Sequence record: ON529858.1
Length of the DNA: 64,000 nt
Strand: one strand, 5' to 3'
Shown here: positions 19,092-28,778 of the stretch, one piece after another
How positions within the stretch are numbered: position 1 is the stretch's first letter
Layout of the letters: the number at the start of each line of letters is the position of its first letter
Made by a program: the position numbers and the translations under genes
Notes under the pieces: model-generated
Seen by the model: only the letters and a program-made list of their open reading frames with translations
Told to the model about the DNA's origin: nothing
The model's database searches: none

Positions 19092-19982
19092 ATGAGCACC
19101 GTCACTCCCAACTCCCTGCCGAACCCCCGGCATGAACTCTTCGCGCGCCTGCGCGCCAAGGGCGCCAACGTCAACAAGGCCGGCATCGCCGCCGGCTTCG
19201 CCCAGGGCTCTTCGACGCCCTCCGAACTGGAGAAGTCGCCCGAGGTCCAGGCCCGGATCGACGAGATCAAGATCGAACTCCAGGACGCCCGCGACGCCAC
19301 CCGCGCCGCCGCCGTCGAAGCTGGGCGCGTGGTCGGTCAATCGGTCGGCGTCGGCAAGGCCTTCGTCATCCAGAAGCTGGTCGAGAACGCCCAGATGGCG
19401 GCCCAGGACGGCGACTACAAGGAATCCAACGCCGCCCTGAAGCTGATCGGCGATGAACTCGGCATGTTCACCGGCGGCTCGGCCACGCCCAAGGAGGACG
19501 AAGACGGGGTCCGCTCGATCGACATGGACGCTCTGGATGCGCTCGCCGACGCCGGCCGCGCCGGTCTGCTGCCGGGCGAAGCCGCCGAGAAGGCCGCCTC
19601 CAGCCGCAACATCGACCCCGAGGTCGCCATGGACCTGATCAAGGGTCACGGCACGGCCAAGTCGCGCCGCGCCGATCGCAAGCTGTCGCTCGGCTCCGAG
19701 ACCGATGTCGCCCTGACCATGGAAGAGGAAGAGGCCCGCGCCATCGCCGCGTTCGAAGCGTTCGAGGCCAAGAACCCGCCGCGTGAGAAGGACCCCGCCG
19801 AAGAGCCCCAGGCCGGTCCCGACGAAGACGGCATCACCTGGACGCCGGTCGATCCCAAGACCTCGCCCGAAGACCTGATCGCCATGGCGCTCGGCGACAA
19901 GCCGATCGTCCGCCGCGATGAACCCACCACCCAGGCCGCGCCCGCCGACGATGACCGTCCGCCCCGCCGGTCGCGAGGCTAA
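19092..19982 (+). CDS. probable terminase small subunit
   Basis: Directly upstream of TerL; RHELFARLRAKG.N...A.IAAGF N-terminal HTH pattern; ALKLIG..LGMF. Confidence 0.6.
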   Translation: MSTVTPNSLPNPRHELFARLRAKGANVNKAGIAAGFAQGSSTPSELEKSPEVQARIDEIKIELQDARDATRAAAVEAGRVVGQSVGVGKAFVIQKLVENAQMAAQDGDYKESNAALKLIGDELGMFTGGSATPKEDEDGVRSIDMDALDALADAGRAGLLPGEAAEKAASSRNIDPEVAMDLIKGHGTAKSRRADRKLSLGSETDVALTMEEEEARAIAAFEAFEAKNPPREKDPAEEPQAGPDEDGITWTPVDPKTSPEDLIAMALGDKPIVRRDEPTTQAAPADDDRPPRRSRG

Positions 19983-19985
19983 ACC

Positions 19986-22718
19986 ATGTCCGTCTATTCC
20001 CTGGAAGAGCGCGAACGCGCCCGGCGCGCCGTCGCCAACCTGTCCGCCATGCAGACCGAGGCCAAGAAGGCTTCCGAGCGCGGCCTGATCCTGCCCGACA
20101 CCACCGCCCAGGCGATCATCAAGATCACCGGGTCGAGCGAACTGAGCCAGCAGGTGACCGCGCTCGGCCGCATCGGCAACACCGTCCAGACCCAGCACCT
20201 GGAGCGGCTGAAGCCCCTGGCGCACGACGACTTCAACGCCTTCTGCGAATACGTCAACCCGGCCGAGGCGCCGGCGTCGAAGTGGCACATCTACCTGACC
20301 GGCCTGCTTCAGCAGATCGAAGAGGACCCGGACCTGGAGCGGTTCGTGCTGAACTGCCCGCCCGGTCACGCCAAGCCGCTGCACGTCGACACCCCGGTCC
20401 TGATGGGCGACGGGTCCTGGAAGCGTCTGGGCGACATCGTCCCTGGCGATCACGTCGTCTCCGGCGAGGGAAACGTCTGCAAGGTGACCAAGGTCCACGA
20501 GCAGGGCGTCCAACCGATCCTGCGCATCCACACCAAGCACGGCCGCCAGATCGACAGCGCCCCGGACCATTCGTTCCGGGTCGGCTCCACCTGGAAGCAG
20601 GCCGGCGATCTCAAGCCGGGCGATCCGCTCGACGTGGTCGGCTCGCATGACCTGCGCTGGAACGCCTCTGGGGTATCGGATACCCGGATGTTCCGCCTCG
20701 CCGGCTACCTCTCCGCCCAGGGCGGGCGCAGCTTCTTCACCCGCGAGCACAAGGCCGGGCCGAAGACCTACCGCAACGTCCTGCTCTGGACCTCGGACCC
20801 GATCGCGTCCCAGGACATGCAGGCCTGCCTCAACGCTCTGAAGATCGACTTCACCGGCCGGCTGGCGAAGCATGAGAAGGTCTGGCGCCTGCGCCTGAAC
20901 ACGGCCTGGGGCGATGACAACGCCGCCCTGTTCAACATCGACCAGCGGGCCAACGAGCGCCGCATTCCGGACTTCGTCTTCAAGGGCGATCATGACCAGA
21001 TTGCGACCTACCTGTCGACGGTCTTCTCGCTGCTCGCCGAAGCGCCCGACCGCTACAAGCTGCCGCGCATGATCGTTTACGCCAAGTCGCCCGGCTTCGC
21101 TCGCGACCTCCAGCGGCTGCTCGCCGTGGTCGGCGTCCCGTCCTGCGTCAAGACCCCCTCGACCGGGCGCAGCCGCGTCATCCTTACCGGCCCCGAGATC
21201 AGCAGCTACTTCGCCGCCGGCCTGACCTTCCGCTCGCCCTTCGCCGAGCGCGTCGCTGGCCGCATGAAGTCCTACCCGGTAGCGCCGGCCCTACTTGGTG
21301 ATACCGTCCACCGGATCGAGGCGATGGAGCCGGCCGAGTGCCGCTGCCTCACCGTCAAGGGCGATCACACCTTCCTGGCCGAGAACGTGGTCGTCCACAA
21401 CTCGACCTACGCCTCGCGCCTGTTCGTCGCGTGGCGCCTGGGGCGCGACCCCAGCCAGAAGATCATCGGCGGCGGACACAGTCAGCGCTTCGTCGAGAAC
21501 GAGTTCTCCGCCAAGATTCGGAACCTCGTGCGGACGCCCGAATATCAGAACGTCTTCCCCAACGTGAAGATCGACCACGCGACGTCGGCTAAGGACCAGT
21601 GGGCGATCGCCGGACACGGCGGACAGTATGCCGCCAAGGGCGCCGGACAGGCCATCCACGGTCTGCGCGCCAACTTCGTCTGCATCGACGACCCCTACCC
21701 GTCGATCGCAAAGGCTGAGTCTCCGACGTATCGCGAAGAGGTTAGGACGTGGTTCTTTGGAGACGTCGGGTCGCGTTTGCTTCCCTACGCCAAGGTCTTC
21801 CTGATCATGACGCGCTTCCACGAAGAAGACCTGACAGGTTCTATCCAAGAGATGAACCCGAAACTTCCGAGTTACGCTCAATACCACATCGTCGAAGCGC
21901 CTGCACTGTGCTACGACCCGGAAACTGACGTCTTGGGCCGCGACCTCGGAGAAGTTCTTTGGGACTACTATGACCTGGATTATTTTCTGGCGAAGCAGGT
22001 TGAGTGGAAGTATCAAAGATTTGCCTTGGTGTATCAACAGCTTGCGGACGCGGCCTCCGGCGACAACATCGCCAGCAAGTTCCTCACCTATCTGACGCTC
22101 CCTCACCTGGAGCCGAAGGTGCTCGCCGAGCGCCGCGACCAGGGCCACGTCGACGCCCACAACCGGCCGATCCCGGACATCAAGGCCCACTTCAAGCGGG
22201 TCGTGGTGTCGGTCGACGCCGCCATCAAGAACACCGAGCGAGCGGACTATTCCGTCGTCCAGGTGTGGGGCGAGACGTATGACCGCAAGCACTACCTGAT
22301 CTACAACGAGCGCAAGAAGGTCGAACTCCTGGGGCTGATCCCCATGATCGAAAAGGTGGCCGTTCGCTACGCTGCGGACAGCATTTTGGTCGAAGATAAG
22401 GGCAACGGGACCGCCTATATCCAGTCCCGAGGCCAGACGGACAGCCAGCGCCGGCTCGCGCCCTGCCCGATCGTGGCGATCCAGGTCCCGAGCACCCAGG
22501 GCAAGGAGTTCCGCTTCGAAGAGATCACGCCGATGATCGAGAACGGCGAGGTCTTCATCCCGGAGACGGCAAGCTGGAAGGACCTGTTCGTCCGCGAGGT
22601 CGGGCAGTTCCCCGACGGCGCCAACGATGACCAAGTCGACGCCATGACGCAGTATCTCCGCTGGGCCAAGACCAAGCGCACGCGGTTCGGATCGAAGAAG
22701 GTTTCTGGCATGGGCTAG
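19986..22718 (+). CDS. terL: terminase large subunit (intein-containing)
   Basis: Spliced Walker A NCPPGHAK|ST, Walker B VCIDDP, LIMTRFHEEDL, nuclease SVD, LVEDKGNG, DDQVDAMTQ. Confidence 0.93.
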   Translation: MSVYSLEERERARRAVANLSAMQTEAKKASERGLILPDTTAQAIIKITGSSELSQQVTALGRIGNTVQTQHLERLKPLAHDDFNAFCEYVNPAEAPASKWHIYLTGLLQQIEEDPDLERFVLNCPPGHAKPLHVDTPVLMGDGSWKRLGDIVPGDHVVSGEGNVCKVTKVHEQGVQPILRIHTKHGRQIDSAPDHSFRVGSTWKQAGDLKPGDPLDVVGSHDLRWNASGVSDTRMFRLAGYLSAQGGRSFFTREHKAGPKTYRNVLLWTSDPIASQDMQACLNALKIDFTGRLAKHEKVWRLRLNTAWGDDNAALFNIDQRANERRIPDFVFKGDHDQIATYLSTVFSLLAEAPDRYKLPRMIVYAKSPGFARDLQRLLAVVGVPSCVKTPSTGRSRVILTGPEISSYFAAGLTFRSPFAERVAGRMKSYPVAPALLGDTVHRIEAMEPAECRCLTVKGDHTFLAENVVVHNSTYASRLFVAWRLGRDPSQKIIGGGHSQRFVENEFSAKIRNLVRTPEYQNVFPNVKIDHATSAKDQWAIAGHGGQYAAKGAGQAIHGLRANFVCIDDPYPSIAKAESPTYREEVRTWFFGDVGSRLLPYAKVFLIMTRFHEEDLTGSIQEMNPKLPSYAQYHIVEAPALCYDPETDVLGRDLGEVLWDYYDLDYFLAKQVEWKYQRFALVYQQLADAASGDNIASKFLTYLTLPHLEPKVLAERRDQGHVDAHNRPIPDIKAHFKRVVVSVDAAIKNTERADYSVVQVWGETYDRKHYLIYNERKKVELLGLIPMIEKVAVRYAADSILVEDKGNGTAYIQSRGQTDSQRRLAPCPIVAIQVPSTQGKEFRFEEITPMIENGEVFIPETASWKDLFVREVGQFPDGANDDQVDAMTQYLRWAKTKRTRFGSKKVSGMG
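20376..21401 (+). mobile_element. intein (342 aa, residues 131-472) with degenerate LAGLIDADG domain
   Basis: Starts PLHVDTPVLMGDGSWK, block B SAPDH, block F CRCLTV..DHTF, ends VVHN|S; LAGYLSAQG endonuclease-like motif. Confidence 0.9.
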
Positions 22719-22799
22719 GCCGTTAACCATGTTCGCTAACCATGGTCATGATGGCGACAATATGGCGTGTTAACCCTAAGAACCTCCTGGTTAACGGCG

Positions 22800-22921
22800 G
22801 GGACCCTGGCATTTTAACCATGGGGACCCGCCGGAATCAAGGCCAGGGACCCTCCGATTTTCACCTCGGGGACCCAACCAAATCATCACCAGGGACCCTC
22901 CGATTTTCACCTCGGGGACCC
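22800..22921. repeat. array of six GGGACCC boxes at exact 23-bp period
   Basis: Boxes at 22800, 22823, 22846, 22869, 22892, 22915. Confidence 0.92.
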
Positions 22922-22955
22922 TTCGAAATCCAGGGCCAAAGGAGCCCAGAACACC

Positions 22956-23156
22956 GTGGATCACGCTCAAATGGCCGCTTATCTGGCTGAACACCACCTC
23001 GGGCTCATCGCCATTGCGATCCTGCTGTTCGGCATCATCGCCGCTCAGGTCCGGGGCTCGATCCACAGCCGGTCCATCGCTCTGCTGAAGGACCGCAACG
23101 AGCGCCTGCTGCGGATCATGGAGCGCATCAGCGGCATCCGGCCCGAGGACGTCTAG
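22956..23156 (+). CDS. small membrane protein
   Basis: One TM segment, GGAG upstream. Confidence 0.55.
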   Translation: MDHAQMAAYLAEHHLGLIAIAILLFGIIAAQVRGSIHSRSIALLKDRNERLLRIMERISGIRPEDV

Positions 23157-23492
23157 CCCGCCGGCTGACGGAGTCATAGGTCACAGCAATCGTGACATCG
23201 GTCAGATATTCCACAGCAAAATCAGCCGCTTAGGCCCAAATCCCATTAAGGAATCATGCAGATGTTGCCTCGTATCATGACTCGCTGCGCTGCAATATGT
23301 GCAGTTTTCTGCCTCAATATCGCGATTTCGAGGGCGATCAAGCCCGAGCCCCAGCCGCGTGTCGATCCTCACCACCAGACCGACGCCGACACCACCCGCC
23401 AACTCTAGTCCCCTGTCAAGACCCCGGCCGACCACCGTGTCATAGGTCCGGGGCATCGTGACAAAATAGTTCAGTTCTCCAAGGATTTCCGT

Positions 23493-23750
23493 ATGTTCTA
23501 TCTGCTCGCCATCTGCGTCGTGATCGCCGCCCTGGGCGGCCTCTGGCTCTACATGAAGGTCCACAAGCGCCGCATCCTGGCCCTGGAGCAGGCCGAGGTC
23601 GACCGGGCCTATGATGAACTGGTCCTGGTCCTGGACCCCAACGCCGCCCACACCACCGCCAAGGCCTTCAACGTCGCCCTCCCGGCCTCGATCGACCGCC
23701 TCCAGGGCCAGCTTCGCGAGGATGGCGTGCCCGATACGACGCCGGCGTGA
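23493..23750 (+). CDS. small membrane-anchored protein
   Basis: N-terminal TM, AAGGA RBS. Confidence 0.6.
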   Translation: MFYLLAICVVIAALGGLWLYMKVHKRRILALEQAEVDRAYDELVLVLDPNAAHTTAKAFNVALPASIDRLQGQLREDGVPDTTPA

Positions 23751-23885
23751 TTCAACGCATCAACGATTCGACGCTTTGACGCTCGAACGCTTTGACGCTG
23801 GAGCGATTCAACGGGCGAGCGATTTGACGCGCCAGCGATTTGACGGTCGCACATTTCATTTCAACGCTGACCCGATTTGACGCGG
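23749..23885. repeat. degenerate 16-bp-period array (core TTYRAC)
   Basis: Cores at 23751, 23767, 23775, 23791, 23807, 23823, 23839, 23860, 23876. Confidence 0.8.
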
Positions 23886-23904
23886 GGTCGTTTTGCGCCG
23901 GTAG

Positions 23905-24127
23905 GGTTAACGCCCGCCGGCGCTGGCGATTCAGGGTTAACGTCCATTTAAGCCTGTCCCCGTTAACCTTCACGCTGTTAAGGTTAATGCTGCCCCAGGC
24001 CGTTAGGGTTAATCCCGTTAAGGTTAACGCCGCGTTAAGGTTACCCGTTAAGGTTAACGCCGCCCGACGGCGCGTTAACCATGAAGATTCATCATGAATC
24101 AGCCTAGTGAACAAACATGGTTAACGG
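23905..24127. repeat. dense TTAAC/GTTAA cluster (CtrA half-site-like)
   Basis: More than ten TTAA within about 220 bp of otherwise GC-rich DNA. Confidence 0.75.
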
Positions 24128-24194
24128 CCCAGGCAAGCCCAAAGGCCCCCAGGCTGGCGCCTGGAGGCCTCAAGGTCGCCGAGGTGCCGCCCGC

Positions 24195-24503
24195 CTAGGC
24201 GGCGAGCGCCACCCCCTGACCCAGGGCCGCCACCTTGTCCGCCAAGGCGGCGACGGCGGGCCTGAGCGGCGCCCGGATCGCCGGGACCGGGAGAACCCAG
24301 CCCCGCCCGGTCAAGAGCCGGTCGAGGGCGCCGAGCGTGGTCGCTTGCGCGCCGGTGAGAACCGGCCGCTTGGCGAGATCGGCCCGGACTTCCAAGAGCC
24401 GTTCGACCGGCACATTCTGGAGGGCGCGGGCCTGGACGGCGACGGCGTGAGCCGGGGCGGCGGTGGCGGCGATGAGGCCGACGGCGATGGCGAGGCGTGT
24501 CAT
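24195..24503 (-). CDS. putative exported protein
   Basis: MTRLAIAVGLIAATAAPAHA signal-peptide-like; GGAG RBS; promoter box at 24564-24578 on minus strand. Confidence 0.65.
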   Translation of the reverse strand: MTRLAIAVGLIAATAAPAHAVAVQARALQNVPVERLLEVRADLAKRPVLTGAQATTLGALDRLLTGRGWVLPVPAIRAPLRPAVAALADKVAALGQGVALAA

Positions 24504-24671
24504 GTGATAGGCTCCTGAGATGCGCCGGGTAAGTCCGGACATCCACAACCTAGCGGGCAGGTCCTAACAAAGTCCTAACGTCCGAATCTTTTCTCGACTG
24601 CCGGCCGTTAACGATTCGTTAGGACTTTGGGGCTAGGGTGGCTTCATCGCAAACCACTGATGGAGTCCCCC

Positions 24672-25541
24672 ATGACCGCCCGCAAGCCCGCCGCCGCCCT
24701 CACAAATCCCTCCCATAAGGTCGTCGGGCCGGACGGGACGGAGTTCTTTCTGATCCGCCGCAAGGGCGCCCGCCTGCGCATCAAAATCCTCTTCGCCGCG
24801 AACGGTTTCGCGGCGGGCGAGGTCAGCGAGGGTTGGGGACCGACCGGCGCCGATGACGTCCTGATGGGGCATTGGACCGGCCCGCTGGGCTTCCACTTCG
24901 GTTACAACGTCATCCGCCAACTGCCCCAGGGCACGCATTGCGTCGAGATCGGTCGCGAGACCGGCGAGGCGAGCCTTCATGACTATCAGACCGACATCCT
25001 GTATAACGGCGAGGTCACCAACTTCCCCCTGGTCCGCGCCGGGTTCAACGTCGGGCGTTTCGGGCGCAAGGGCCTGCCGGTCACCCGGCCCCAGATCGCC
25101 GAGGCCCGCGCCGTCACCCTCGCCCATAAGGCCGCCCTGATCGACGGGACCTATCGCCGCGACGACGGCCCGATGATCAAGAACACGGCGCCGGACGACG
25201 GCGGCTATCGCCCGACCTATGTCCGCGCCGAGGGCTCGCCCGTCCCCGCCGACCTGCTGGCGGAGTTTGTCGCCGACTGTGACCGCCTGCTGGCCTATCT
25301 GGACTTTCTGGAGACCCTGCCGCCCCTGCCCGAGCGTCCCCGGACCTCCCCGGCGCCGGAAACTCAACTGTCCTGGCTGCGCACCCACGCCCGCTATGAG
25401 CGCGGCGAGAACCTGCGCGCCTATCTGCTGGGCGTGCTGGAGTCCGGGATGAATGACCCGGCCGCCTATGAGGCGGCCCGCGCCGCTGACACCCAGGCGC
25501 ACAACGCCCGCGTCGCCCAGGCGAGAAAATCGGCGGCGTAA
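24672..25541 (+). CDS. early hypothetical protein (cassette)
   Basis: GGAG RBS, ATG 24672; TAA stop lies inside the next junction element. Confidence 0.7.
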   Translation: MTARKPAAALTNPSHKVVGPDGTEFFLIRRKGARLRIKILFAANGFAAGEVSEGWGPTGADDVLMGHWTGPLGFHFGYNVIRQLPQGTHCVEIGRETGEASLHDYQTDILYNGEVTNFPLVRAGFNVGRFGRKGLPVTRPQIAEARAVTLAHKAALIDGTYRRDDGPMIKNTAPDDGGYRPTYVRAEGSPVPADLLAEFVADCDRLLAYLDFLETLPPLPERPRTSPAPETQLSWLRTHARYERGENLRAYLLGVLESGMNDPAAYEAARAADTQAHNARVAQARKSAA

Positions 25542-25602
25542 ACCTCTCGTTAAGACCTCCCCCGTATAAGGGGGAGGTCACCACTGAGAAGGAGTTCTCG
25601 CC

Positions 25603-25986
25603 ATGCCTCTCCCCGCCCACCTCTTCGCCTCCGATGACGGCGGCCTGTATGACACCCGCTCGCCGGACTGGTCTAAGGGCAAGCCCCTGCGCACCGGCTA
25701 CCAGGGCGCCGCCGCCCAGATCGAAACCCTCGCCCAGGTCAAGGCCGCGCTGCGCGCCGGGGGCTTCACCTTCCCCGGCGCCTACCCCCTGTATTTCGTC
25801 ACCCGCGACGGCTGCGCCCTCTCGTTTGACGCGGTCCGCGCCGAGTTCGCCGAGGTCTGCGAGGATTTCCTGGCGGACGTTTCCACCGGCTGGCGGATCA
25901 CCGGTTGCACCGTCAACTATGAGGACTCGGACCTGACGTGTGAACACACGGGCGAGAAGATTCCGGCCGCATACAGCGACGAGTAA
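25603..25986 (+). CDS. early hypothetical protein (cassette)
   Basis: AAGGAG RBS; FPGAYPLYFVTRDG...VNYED motif typical of phage hypotheticals. Confidence 0.75.
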   Translation: MPLPAHLFASDDGGLYDTRSPDWSKGKPLRTGYQGAAAQIETLAQVKAALRAGGFTFPGAYPLYFVTRDGCALSFDAVRAEFAEVCEDFLADVSTGWRITGCTVNYEDSDLTCEHTGEKIPAAYSDE

Positions 25987-26049
25987 CGATCCGTTAAGAC
26001 CTCCCCCGTATAAGGGGGAGGTCACCACCGGCAAGAGAAGGAACCCCGA

Positions 26050-26610
26050 ATGCCCGAGACCGTCACCCAGGCCGAGGCCGCCACCGTTCCCGAATACGCG
26101 GAACACGCTGAGCCGCCCGCCTACGCCGTCGCCGTCTGGACTGATGACGTGATCACCAATCACGGCGGCGACCTGCCCCTGTGGGGCCTGGACGTGCCCG
26201 TGCCCGCCATCGGCGCCGACATCGTCGTGACGATCAACCGTTGCGGCCTCGCCTACGTCACCGGCTATTTCGTGCAAGATGGCTGGCTGGGCGTGCTCTG
26301 CACCCTGCGCAACCCGCCGGAATGGCATGTGAAGCAGAACAAGGGTGATCCCAAGGGCCACGCCTTCGCCCCTGAGTTCCGCCCGGCCGTAGCCGCCGAC
26401 CTCGCCGACCCGCCGGTCGAGACGGGCGTCGCCCGCGCCGTCCGGCTGGGCTACACGGTCGAGTCGACCACCGATGAGGCGGACGGCGTGCCGATCTTCC
26501 GCTACGTCCGGCCGAACGGCGAGCCCGATTCCGAATGGCTGTCGAGCCTCGCCAAAATCTGGGAAGGCGCCGGGTCGGATTCTTTTCTTTGGGAAATGGA
26601 CCACGGGTAA
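26050..26610 (+). CDS. early hypothetical protein (cassette)
   Basis: AAGGA RBS; stop inside junction. Confidence 0.7.
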   Translation: MPETVTQAEAATVPEYAEHAEPPAYAVAVWTDDVITNHGGDLPLWGLDVPVPAIGADIVVTINRCGLAYVTGYFVQDGWLGVLCTLRNPPEWHVKQNKGDPKGHAFAPEFRPAVAADLADPPVETGVARAVRLGYTVESTTDEADGVPIFRYVRPNGEPDSEWLSSLAKIWEGAGSDSFLWEMDHG

Positions 26611-26671
26611 CCTCTTGTTAAGACCTTGCCGGTAGGTTGGCTTCATCAACCACCGGCAAGGAGCCAACCCC

Positions 26672-27031
26672 ATGCGATCCACCCTTTCCAATCTGGTCAT
26701 CGCCCTCAAGACCGCGATCGCCGACAACCGCCGCCTGCCCCGCCCGGCCGATCCGGTCGAGGCCGCTGTCATCGACGGCGTCGGCGCGCTTCAGGCCGAG
26801 GCCCTGGAGAAGGCCGAGGGCCTGCTGGCGGGCCTCGCCTATGAGATCGAGATCGCCCAGGCGGGCGCCCTCATCGGCCTGCTCCGCCTCGACACCCCCT
26901 GCCCGATCAAGGCGGACGCCCAGGCCAAAGCCATCCGCGCCGCCCTCCTGCCCGACGGGATCGAGGCGACCCTCTACGCGGTCGAGATCAACAAAAGCCG
27001 GGTGATCGCTGTCGCTCAATACCCCCGGTAA
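26672..27031 (+). CDS. early hypothetical protein (cassette)
   Basis: AAGGAG RBS; stop inside junction. Confidence 0.7.
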   Translation: MRSTLSNLVIALKTAIADNRRLPRPADPVEAAVIDGVGALQAEALEKAEGLLAGLAYEIEIAQAGALIGLLRLDTPCPIKADAQAKAIRAALLPDGIEATLYAVEINKSRVIAVAQYPR

Positions 27032-27096
27032 CGATCCGTTAAGACCTCCCCCGTATAAGGGGGAGGTCACCACCGTTTGAGAAGGAACCCGCCCAG

Positions 27097-27462
27097 ATGA
27101 GCAAGATCACGATTGAGGAAATCGAAAGCTGGACCGCCGAGGTCGAGCGCCCGCGCCAGACGCTGGAGGTCATTTTCCAAACGCTGGGCTATGACAACGG
27201 GACCAAACGAGTCGACGCCTATGTGATCGTCAAGCGCCCAGGCGGCTACGGTCGCGAGGCGGGCGTCGCCCGTGTCGTCCACGCCAGCGGCTGCTACACC
27301 TACGGGCTGGCCCTGATGTCGCTGGAGCGCCAAATGCGCGCCGCCCGCTTCGCCCCCGCCGCCCAGGCCCTGGTCGAGGGCTTCGCCGCCCAGGCCCGGC
27401 GCCAGGGGATGGACCGAACCGAGTTTCCGAAAAGCGTCACCCTCATTCCGACCGAGCGGTAA
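27097..27462 (+). CDS. early hypothetical protein (cassette)
   Basis: AAGGA RBS; stop inside junction. Confidence 0.7.
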   Translation: MSKITIEEIESWTAEVERPRQTLEVIFQTLGYDNGTKRVDAYVIVKRPGGYGREAGVARVVHASGCYTYGLALMSLERQMRAARFAPAAQALVEGFAAQARRQGMDRTEFPKSVTLIPTER

Positions 27463-27524
27463 CGGTCTGTTAAGATTTGGCCTGTAGGGTCTGATCATCA
27501 ACCCCGGACAAGGAGTCCCCGCCC

Positions 27525-27818
27525 ATGACTAAGCCCGCCAAGCCCCGCAAGCTGACCCGCGCCGAACTGGCCCGCAAGGTGCTCGAACTGGAGGGACAAC
27601 TGGCGTCGTCCTATCACTTCGCCACCCTCGAACTGCACAAGGCGGGCGACAACCTCATGGCGTCCGGCGTGCTCATCTCCCTGACCGCCCTAGGCGGGCG
27701 CGAGATCATCAAGCCCGTGGTGATCCGCGACGGCCTGAGCGCCGCCACCATCGCCGCCCTGCGCGCCGATATGGTGCGCAGCTATGAACTGGCGACCTCT
27801 TTTAAGCCCAAGGCGTAA
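27525..27818 (+). CDS. early hypothetical protein (cassette)
   Basis: AAGGAG RBS; stop inside junction. Confidence 0.7.
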   Translation: MTKPAKPRKLTRAELARKVLELEGQLASSYHFATLELHKAGDNLMASGVLISLTALGGREIIKPVVIRDGLSAATIAALRADMVRSYELATSFKPKA

Positions 27819-27880
27819 CCCTTCGTTAAGACCTCGCCTGTAGGGTGAGGTCATCAACCGCTGGACAAGGAGTCCCCCGA

Positions 27881-28435
27881 ATGCCGACCGCCAAACAAAC
27901 CGCCCAGGCCATCGCCCTGACCCCCTCGACGGGCGAGGCCGTGGCGATGATCCTTCACGCGCTCGACATCGGCCGTCTGTATTTTCAGCGCGAGGTCGAG
28001 GCGACCGACTCGCTGTCGAATAAGGAACTGGCCCAGGTCCGGCTCGACACATTCGAACGCGCCTCGATCATCGCCCGTGAATCCGGCGTGCTCATCACCG
28101 CTGAAGGCGAGAGCGTCGCGGCCATTCTCGACGATCTTTTCAACGCCATGCCTACCCCCGGAACCGACAAGCTGTCAAAGCCGTGGAACCGCGCGCTGAA
28201 GCAAGCCCGCCGCCCGCGCTACCGCTTCAAAGCCGGGACCGGGAGCGCCACCGTGACCGATACGCTTAAGGGCGTCTCCGCCACCACCCGCCACCCCGGA
28301 CCGGTCGCGGCGGCGCGCGAGGCCTTCGCCAATACCGACTCGGGCGCCCACGTCACCCCGGCCGGGGTCGGGGTCTGCGGACTGGATGAGGACAAGGCCC
28401 GCTCATTCCTCGCCACCGCTGAGCGCGGCCGGTGA
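27881..28435 (+). CDS. early hypothetical protein
   Basis: AAGGAG RBS, ATG 27881. Confidence 0.7.
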   Translation: MPTAKQTAQAIALTPSTGEAVAMILHALDIGRLYFQREVEATDSLSNKELAQVRLDTFERASIIARESGVLITAEGESVAAILDDLFNAMPTPGTDKLSKPWNRALKQARRPRYRFKAGTGSATVTDTLKGVSATTRHPGPVAAAREAFANTDSGAHVTPAGVGVCGLDEDKARSFLATAERGR

Positions 28436-28728
28436 GGGCCGGTCAAGTCAAGGTCGCGGTCCCCCTCTCGTTTGGGGCCTGCGGCTATGTCTGGCGCCCG
28501 AACAAAACCGCCGCCGGGATGACGAAAACCGACGCCCGGCGCGGTCAACGGCGCGGCCCAGGCGAGGGCGTCGGGCTCAAGCTGGCGGTGCGCGGGACCA
28601 CCGACGCCCTGGATATGGCCCTGGTTTTCTGCATCACCCGCCGAAACCCGGACTATCTGTGTCTGAACAAATCCGGCAAGGCCCGGCTGGCGCGCCTGAG
28701 AAAACGCCGCGCCGTAACCCTTCGTTAA
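28432..28728 (+). CDS. early hypothetical basic protein
   Basis: GTGA overlap; stop is the second half-site of the junction. Confidence 0.55.
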   Translation: MRAGQVKVAVPLSFGACGYVWRPNKTAAGMTKTDARRGQRRGPGEGVGLKLAVRGTTDALDMALVFCITRRNPDYLCLNKSGKARLARLRKRRAVTLR

Positions 28729-28778
28729 GACCTTGCCGGTAGGTTGGGCTCATCAACCACCGGCAAGGAGCCGCGCCG

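Noticed and set aside
18639-22730. Long minus-strand ORFs 18639-20993 and 21291-22730
   Set aside because: Antisense shadows of GC3-biased terS/terL, with no RBS or motifs.
23752-24114. ORFs across the TTAAC cluster (23752-24114 minus, 23840-24097 plus)
   Set aside because: Low-complexity translations (LTL/VN repeats) produced by the DNA repeats.
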